This document shows, piece after piece, positions 26,267 to 32,000 of a stretch of DNA of 32,000 nucleotides. The DNA comes from Thermoproteus tenax Kra 1 (GTDB lineage: Archaea > Thermoproteota > Thermoprotei > Thermoproteales > Thermoproteaceae), in assembly GCF_000253055.1 (NCBI RefSeq), contig NC_016070.1:240001-272000 (forward strand). The letters are read 5' to 3'. Under the pieces are notes generated by a model. The model did no database searches, was not told the origin of the DNA, and worked only from the letters and a program-made list of their open reading frames with translations. Within the stretch, counting starts at the first letter, position 1; the number at the start of each line of letters is the position of its first letter. A program made the position numbers and the translations under genes.

Positions 26267-27558
26267 GGGAGGGCTTAAGGCTCCTGCTGTATCTTTTGGT
26301 CCTGCCCATCGTCGCAGGTCTGATCTCGGCGTTGACTACGTCGATATGGCTCATACCTGCGGTCTTGTTCCCCGCCATCGCCGCAGCCCTGCTTCTGTTG
26401 GTCAGCGCGGAGCCCGAGGTGAAGGTATCCTATCAGCTCGAGAGAAACACGGCGCGAATCGACGACGAGGTGAAGGCGAAGGTGAGAGTTGAGGCGAGGA
26501 GAGGGTTCGGCATCCTCCTCGTCAGAGCGCCCCCCATCCCCGGGACCCGCATGGCCGAGGCCTTCGAAGTGGCTGAGGGCAACAACGTGTTCGTCTTCTT
26601 CAAAGGGCTGGGGCCGTTGGCCCAGGAGGTCGAATACAAGCTGAAGCCCGTCGTCAGAGGGAGGTACGAGCTAGGCGCCGTTGAATACTCCTTCTACAAC
26701 GCGCTCCACCTCCACAAGCCTCTTGAGGGGCGCCTTCAGCTCGACGGCGAGATCCAAGTGCTCCCTAGAGTCAAAATAGTCAATAGAATATTGGGGAGCG
26801 CCAAGCCCAGGGAGACTGCGCCGAGGTTGACGGCCTCCAGACTCGGCCCCTATTCCACCGAGTTTAAGTCTATCAGGAGGTATATCCCGGGCGATCCCTA
26901 CAAGTTCATCAACTGGAAGGCGACGGCGCGGAGCCCTAGGGGCGCGCTGCTCGTCAACGAGTACGAGAGGGAGGGGCTGAGGACGGCCCTGATTCTGTTG
27001 GACGCAGGATCCGCCATGATGTACGGCACCCTCGAGGAGAACCCGCTGGAGTACGGCATCTCCCTCGCCCTCTCGCTGGCGAGAGCGCTGTTGAGGTACG
27101 GATACAACGTGGGGCTCTGGGTGATGCCCAAGGGGCCCCGCCTTATGCCGAGCTCCGGCTCTACTCAGTACTTCCGCATTTTGAGGGCCCTCCTCCTAGT
27201 GAGGGCGGGCGCCGAGGGGGCCTATAGAGTCGACGGGGCCCTCAAGAGGATTTTGAACGAGACCAAGCCCGCCGTGATATTTATAACGAACCTCACAAAG
27301 GAGAGCGCCGGCAAGGCCGTCCAGCTGGCGGAGCAGATAAAGGCCAGGATGTTGTTAGTCGACGTAACGCCCGAGTCTATCTTGGCGGGGAGGCTCATGC
27401 AACAGTACGGAGGGACGAGGGCCTGCGGCCGCTCAGCCAAAAGGAGGCTCCACGCGCTGTTGCCCAGGAACGTGAAAGTCGTGGCATGGGACCCCGCGTG
27501 CGAGGGAGTTGGGATGGCCATAGCCAGAATTACGGCCAGAATGGGCAGGTGGATATGA
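26263..27558 (+). CDS. DUF58 domain protein (MoxR partner)
   Basis: Two N-terminal TM segments, then YSTEFKSIRRYIPGDPYKFINWKATARSPRGALLVNEYEREGLRTALILLDAGSAM; overlaps moxR. Confidence 0.93.
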   Translation: MREGLRLLLYLLVLPIVAGLISALTTSIWLIPAVLFPAIAAALLLLVSAEPEVKVSYQLERNTARIDDEVKAKVRVEARRGFGILLVRAPPIPGTRMAEAFEVAEGNNVFVFFKGLGPLAQEVEYKLKPVVRGRYELGAVEYSFYNALHLHKPLEGRLQLDGEIQVLPRVKIVNRILGSAKPRETAPRLTASRLGPYSTEFKSIRRYIPGDPYKFINWKATARSPRGALLVNEYEREGLRTALILLDAGSAMMYGTLEENPLEYGISLALSLARALLRYGYNVGLWVMPKGPRLMPSSGSTQYFRILRALLLVRAGAEGAYRVDGALKRILNETKPAVIFITNLTKESAGKAVQLAEQIKARMLLVDVTPESILAGRLMQQYGGTRACGRSAKRRLHALLPRNVKVVAWDPACEGVGMAIARITARMGRWI

Positions 27559-28184
27559 AGGCCAGACTGCTCGCTCTGGCGCTGGCTCTGTCGTTTATAC
27601 CGCAGTTGGCTCTCGCCGTATATGGCTACGCCCTCCTCGGCCTCGCCGAGGCGGTCCTCGTCGCCCTCTCGGCGGCGCTGGGCCTCTGGAGGGGCGGGAG
27701 GGCGCAGACCGCTCCCTGGGTCTCCTTCGCGCTGGCGGCTGCAACTATATTGTCGTCGCAGGGCTATATCCCCTTCCTGATCCGCGCGGCGCTTGCACGT
27801 CTGCCGTACTCCTACGATCTATCGGCGCTAGCCCCCGAGCTCGGGATCGCCGTGGCGACGCTCTACAACAACTACGCGGCGATGGAGCGGGAGCTGATCG
27901 GAAGGGGGTACGACGAACAGATCGTGAGGGCTGCGCTGGACTCTATGTCGTCGACAGCGCTGGCTCTGCTTTCGGCCTCGTTGGCGCTCGGCGGAGCCAT
28001 CTCCTACGCCATGGCGAAGTTCGCCGTTTTCGCAGTGGATCCGTTCACGGCCTTTGTGTTGTTCGCAGTCGTCTACTTCGCCGCCTTCAAGCTGGTGTTG
28101 GACAGACTGGAGCGGGCACACGCGCCCGGCAGTGCGCCGACGCGGCGGGGGCTGTATAGTGAGGACATCTCGACAGAGAAGTAA
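27555..28184 (+). CDS. Membrane protein of unknown function, 209 aa
   Basis: Four or more TM segments. Start revised to ATG 27555 (ATGA overlap with the DUF58 gene). Confidence 0.75.
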   Translation: MKARLLALALALSFIPQLALAVYGYALLGLAEAVLVALSAALGLWRGGRAQTAPWVSFALAAATILSSQGYIPFLIRAALARLPYSYDLSALAPELGIAVATLYNNYAAMERELIGRGYDEQIVRAALDSMSSTALALLSASLALGGAISYAMAKFAVFAVDPFTAFVLFAVVYFAAFKLVLDRLERAHAPGSAPTRRGLYSEDISTEK

Positions 28185-28213
28185 AAAATGAATATCCCTA
28201 AGTCCTCTTGGAT

Positions 28214-29977
28214 ATGGGCGGAGGCGCCCCGCGCGGAGGGGCCTCCACTGACGTGAGGCTGGCCCTCGCCCTCGCCTTAGTTGCCGCTGCGCTCTATCTG
28301 TACTACGCGGCGCCCCTCTACCCGCACATAACCGTCGTTGTGGAGGGGCCGGGCGGCTCCCCGCAGCCCGGGGCGTTCGTCCAGGTCTACGCCTTGCTGC
28401 CGCCGGGCGTCAACAGATCGCTCGTCCTAATATGGAACGGCACGACGGACGGCGAAGGCAGGGCGTACGTCCCGCTGGACAGGCTGGCCCCGATAGCTAG
28501 GAAGTGGGCCGAGAAGGGCTTCGGAGGGGCCCACGTGGGCCTGGAGGTCATAGCCACATACAGCAGCTCAACCGCGCTCCTCACGCGGTTCCTCTTCGTC
28601 ACGTACACCCCGGGGAGGGTCATAGGGGCAAACAACCCCCTCGGGTTGCTGTACTACAGTAAAACGGTTGTGGTGAGGTTAGAGCAGGTCAGAATCAACG
28701 ACTCGGCGGGCTCCCGCGGCTTCTCCGCCCTCCAGCCCACGCCGCCGACTCCGTCCCCATCGCTGTGCGCCCATTCTGGGGTGCCGGTCTGGGAAGAGGT
28801 CTGGGACTACCAGACGCCGACGATGTACATACCGATAATCTGGCTGTACGACCGAATGGGGTACAAAGCCGGCGGAAATATCATGGGCTTATTCTCACCT
28901 TCGACGACTACGGACTTCGCCGCGGGCCTCGCGCTTACGCCCAGCACGGAGCTGAGCAGTTCCGACATAGGCGAGGCCGAGTTTGAATTCGCCGGCACGA
29001 GCTTCTCGTCAACTACCTCTGCGTTTAATTACGCCTACTGGGGACTTGATACTTCCACCTACTACCCGACTTCAGTCGCATTGTATGTGCAGGGCACTCT
29101 GGGCACAGCTGAGTTTCAATTATACTGCTACATCCCATCCGATCCATACGGGCAGTGGGTGCCGGTCGACTACTACGCCGTTGAGGTGTACATCCAGTCG
29201 GCTGATTTAAGCAAAATCTACTCATCTGGGAGCGTCGGCACGGCGCCTGTGAATAATATGGTAAATATCCTGAGCCAGTACGGCTACTTGGGCTATTATC
29301 CGTTAGACTATTACCAACGTTCCTCCAACGGTTTTTACGGTTATGGATTCATAAACTGGGGATTCTCCTGGTCGATACCGGCGGGCGCCCTGCTGTGGTC
29401 CGCGCTCCAGGAGGCGGGCGCCGCTCCTCCGCCGTACTCTGAGGCGATAGCCGCGGCCCTCGTGGTTGTGGCGTCCTTCTCTTCTACTACCACGATCCCG
29501 CAAGCTGTTTCATTCACGGTGGGATCCTCCCTTCCGCCATACGGCGACGTGCTCGTCAGCTATCTGGCTATCCCATACCAAAACGGCGGCGACCTCCAGC
29601 CGTTCATGGCCGGGGTCATAATAGAGCCCTCCACCAGCTACACTGTGAACACCACCCTTGCAATCTCCGGGCCGAACGTAGTCCCCATCCAGTGTGGGCT
29701 TTATAACGTGACCTTCTACGTCTATCCCTATATCGGCTCATCGCCTCTGCTCGTGCCCGGCGGCTCCGTCAACTACCAGATCTACGACGACGTAACTGGC
29801 CAGCTTGTGGCGTCCGGGAGCGTGGGGGTCCCGTGGCACAAGCCGGCCGTCATACGAGTGGTGCTATACCCAGGCACCTACACCCTCGTGGTCCAGTACG
29901 CCGGCTACAACGACGGCCCAATAACCTATCGGCCCTCCACGAGCCAAATACAGACAACTATCGGCGAAGAGTGCTGA
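28214..29977 (+). CDS. Large N-terminally anchored extracellular protein, 587 aa, unknown function
   Basis: Single N-terminal TM (DVRLALALALVAAALYLYY), Tyr/Ser/Thr-rich beta-type composition, N-glycosylation sequons, C-terminal Ig-like end IRVVLYPGTYTLVVQYAGYNDG. Confidence 0.75.
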   Translation: MGGGAPRGGASTDVRLALALALVAAALYLYYAAPLYPHITVVVEGPGGSPQPGAFVQVYALLPPGVNRSLVLIWNGTTDGEGRAYVPLDRLAPIARKWAEKGFGGAHVGLEVIATYSSSTALLTRFLFVTYTPGRVIGANNPLGLLYYSKTVVVRLEQVRINDSAGSRGFSALQPTPPTPSPSLCAHSGVPVWEEVWDYQTPTMYIPIIWLYDRMGYKAGGNIMGLFSPSTTTDFAAGLALTPSTELSSSDIGEAEFEFAGTSFSSTTSAFNYAYWGLDTSTYYPTSVALYVQGTLGTAEFQLYCYIPSDPYGQWVPVDYYAVEVYIQSADLSKIYSSGSVGTAPVNNMVNILSQYGYLGYYPLDYYQRSSNGFYGYGFINWGFSWSIPAGALLWSALQEAGAAPPPYSEAIAAALVVVASFSSTTTIPQAVSFTVGSSLPPYGDVLVSYLAIPYQNGGDLQPFMAGVIIEPSTSYTVNTTLAISGPNVVPIQCGLYNVTFYVYPYIGSSPLLVPGGSVNYQIYDDVTGQLVASGSVGVPWHKPAVIRVVLYPGTYTLVVQYAGYNDGPITYRPSTSQIQTTIGEEC

Positions 29978-29986
29978 CGATCACCA

Positions 29987-30076
29987 AGAGGGAAACACCC
30001 ATTTCCACCCTCTGCGGGCTTCAGTCCGACGTCCCCGAAGCGCAGCGAAGGGCTCGTACGTCTTAATGCGGCGAGC
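29987..30076 (+). other. Cluster of three short inverted repeats downstream of the MoxR cluster (possible structured RNA or 3-prime element)
   Basis: AGAGGG/CCCTCT (29987-29992/30008-30013), GCTTC/GAAGC (30018-30022/30037-30041), GCTCG/CGAGC (30052-30056/30072-30076). Confidence 0.3.
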
Positions 30077-30218
30077 TTGAGACATGCCCTGGCCCACTCT
30101 CACGTGCTCCCAATTGGCGAGGTGCCCCTGCAATCAACATTAATTCCGAAATCTACAATATAACAAACAATAATTTACAATTATAGTAAGACTTAAAAAT
30201 GTGAAATCGCAGAGAGGA

Positions 30219-31583
30219 ATGCAACCGGGCGGATACACCATAGCGGCCAGACTTGAGAGACTTCCGTGGACGTCCTTCCACACGCGGCTGCTCGTCTTAC
30301 TCTCCATAGGGGAGTTCTTCGAGCTCTACGACCTTTTCGTCGGAGGCTTCGCTGTAGTGCCCATCTCCCATTATTACGGCATATCGTTGGCCTCGGCGAT
30401 CTACTACACTATAGCCCTGCTCTTCCTCGGAGCCTTCGTTGGCGCAATAGCCTTCACTTTAATAGGCGATGCGTGGGGCAGGAGGTCGGCCTTGTTGTTC
30501 AACCTCGCGTTGATGAGCCTGGCCTATCTGGCCACGCCCTTCGCGCCCGACCCGCTCACCCTGGGGCTCCTCAGATTTTTGGCTGGGCTAGGAGTGGGGC
30601 CCGAGGCCTTGATAGTGTTGGACATCATGATCTCCGAGTTCTTCCCGGCGAAATTCAGAGGCAGAGCCTTGGCGACGGCTTACACTATATCGTGGACGGC
30701 GCCCTTGGTCGTCGCTGCGCTCGCCTACTTCCTAGTGCCTCGGACAATACTGGGGCTACAGGGATGGCAGTGGCTTTTTATAATCGGAGGATTGGGGGTC
30801 TTGTTGTTTCTTCCATACCGCTTCTTGATACCTGAGTCGCCGCGCTGGCTTGAGGTCAAGGGGAGAGCCGCGGAGGCGGACAAGATAGTCTCAAAGATGG
30901 AGGAGACGGCGCGGAGAGAAAGGGGGGAGCTCCCGGAGCCTCCCCAGGTTGAGGTGGTAAGGAGCGAGAGGATCCCAATAGGCGAACTCTTCAGCAGAGA
31001 GTACAGAAGGAGGACCATTATGTTGTGGATATTCGAGTTTCTGCAGACCGGCGTCTACTACGGCTTCGCCTCGCTCGCCCCCTCAGTGCTCTACGTCAAG
31101 GGCTTTACGATAGTGAGGACGTTGGAGTACACTATGATGATATATGCCTCGTACTTCATCTCCTCAGTGATATCTATATTTGTAATAGACAGCGTTAAGT
31201 TCGACAGAAAGTGGCAGGTGGCCTTAGTGGCCCTATTGATGGGCGTGGTCGGGCTGGCCTTCGGCCTATCAACGACGCCGGCGCAAGTGGTGGCCACCGG
31301 CTTTATGTTCGGGCTCTTGTCCAATATATTCTCCAACGCCTTCCATCAGTACGGCGCAGAGCTTTACCCGACGAGGATAAGGGCGTTTGCAGACGGCGTG
31401 CAGTACTCTCTGAGCAGGTTGGGAAACTACGTCTGGCTCTCCGTGCTTCCCCTTGTGTTGACAGCCTATGGCCCCCTTGCGATGTACATGGTCGTATTCG
31501 CCATGGCGGTAGCCGTGTTCCTAGACGTGGGGATACTGGGCCCCCGCGCCTCACAGATGGCCCTCGAGAGGCTCAGCAGATAG
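30219..31583 (+). CDS. MFS transporter, metabolite:H+ symporter type
   Basis: IGEFFELYDLFVGGFAVVPIS, GDAWGRRSALLFN, RFLAGLGVGPEALIVLDIMISEFFPAKFRGRA, PESPRWLEVKGR. Start revised to ATG 30219 with ACTTAAAAAT about 23 nt upstream. Confidence 0.92.
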   Translation: MQPGGYTIAARLERLPWTSFHTRLLVLLSIGEFFELYDLFVGGFAVVPISHYYGISLASAIYYTIALLFLGAFVGAIAFTLIGDAWGRRSALLFNLALMSLAYLATPFAPDPLTLGLLRFLAGLGVGPEALIVLDIMISEFFPAKFRGRALATAYTISWTAPLVVAALAYFLVPRTILGLQGWQWLFIIGGLGVLLFLPYRFLIPESPRWLEVKGRAAEADKIVSKMEETARRERGELPEPPQVEVVRSERIPIGELFSREYRRRTIMLWIFEFLQTGVYYGFASLAPSVLYVKGFTIVRTLEYTMMIYASYFISSVISIFVIDSVKFDRKWQVALVALLMGVVGLAFGLSTTPAQVVATGFMFGLLSNIFSNAFHQYGAELYPTRIRAFADGVQYSLSRLGNYVWLSVLPLVLTAYGPLAMYMVVFAMAVAVFLDVGILGPRASQMALERLSR

Positions 31584-32000
31584 CTAGCGGGTGGCCTCCG
31601 GGGAGGGGGCAGCCTCGCGCGCCCTTTTGTACTCAAGGCTGTGTCTGGACAGCTCCTCCTCCACAAACTTTCTATTATCCTTCAGAAGTTTGTCCACTAG
31701 GCTTAAGTATCTGGCCAGTCTGACGGCGTCCGCCTCTATCTCCACTAATCTCTCCCCGTCCACTACCACGAAGTGCCTTTTGTTTATCCTCCGGCCCAAG
31801 ATGTATTCGGCCTCGTTGGCAGCGGCTTGTAGGGCAACGCAGTGCGGGCTGCCGTCTATTGTAACCACCCAGACCTCCTCAGGCTCGGAGCTCCTTATAG
31901 CGCTGGCCAATTTGCCGTAGTGCATGGCCGGCTCGGCCTCCGGACAGGCCAAGACCACCGAGGCGCCCTTGGAGACCTCCTTGAAGACAGCCTCGTTCAC
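31584..32000 (-). CDS. Conserved hypothetical protein (possibly truncated by the window edge)
   Basis: VVLACPEAEPAMHYGKLASAIRSSEPEEVWVVTIDGSPHCVALQAAANEAEYILG; GTG start sits at the last base of the window, so the true start may lie outside. Confidence 0.6.
   Translation of the reverse strand: MNEAVFKEVSKGASVVLACPEAEPAMHYGKLASAIRSSEPEEVWVVTIDGSPHCVALQAAANEAEYILGRRINKRHFVVVDGERLVEIEADAVRLARYLSLVDKLLKDNRKFVEEELSRHSLEYKRAREAAPSPEATR

Noticed and set aside
1-32000. Many long antisense or alternative-frame ORFs (for example 991..1335 +, 5458..5949 -, 7302..7715 -, 18515..19216 -, 22923..23906 -, 25043..26173 -, 31303..31554 -)
   Set aside because: They lie opposite or out of frame with clearly homologous genes and have low-complexity Arg/Ala/Pro/Ser-rich translations typical of GC-rich antisense frames.
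1-32000. CRISPR arrays or intact insertion sequences
   Set aside because: No regularly spaced repeats and no transposase or integrase ORFs were seen on either strand.

Overview
This 32 kb window is a GC-rich, tightly packed archaeal chromosomal segment. Protein content and the very many leaderless genes with a TATA box about 24 bp upstream suggest a hyperthermophilic crenarchaeon of the Thermoproteales type; that placement is inference. I found no CRISPR array and no intact transposase. Recognisable content, left to right: a possible degenerate tRNA; a minus-strand metal/cobalamin-type ABC importer operon (DUF364-like protein, frameshifted binding protein, FecCD-type permease, ATPase); a 44-aa ORF overlapping a membrane dipeptidase; a NAD-kinase-fold protein that lacks the GGDG motif and is fused to a C-terminal winged helix, divergent from purB; a secreted stalked protein; an FAD oxidoreductase; an RHH regulator missed by the ORF track; a DMT transporter; a decaying P-loop/methyltransferase pair (two frameshifts plus an in-frame TAG); a Cys-rich, Cas4-like hypothetical; an MFS transporter divergent from MCM helicase; a DsbA-like protein with an MFS transporter; an acyl-CoA-synthetase homologue with degenerate catalytic motifs; a DUF996 protein; a six-gene MoxR/DUF58/DUF4129-like envelope cluster ending in a large anchored extracellular protein; and a final MFS transporter. 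The best candidates for something undescribed are the NAD-kinase-like/winged-helix fusion, the MoxR cluster and its terminal secreted protein, and the P-loop/methyltransferase module.
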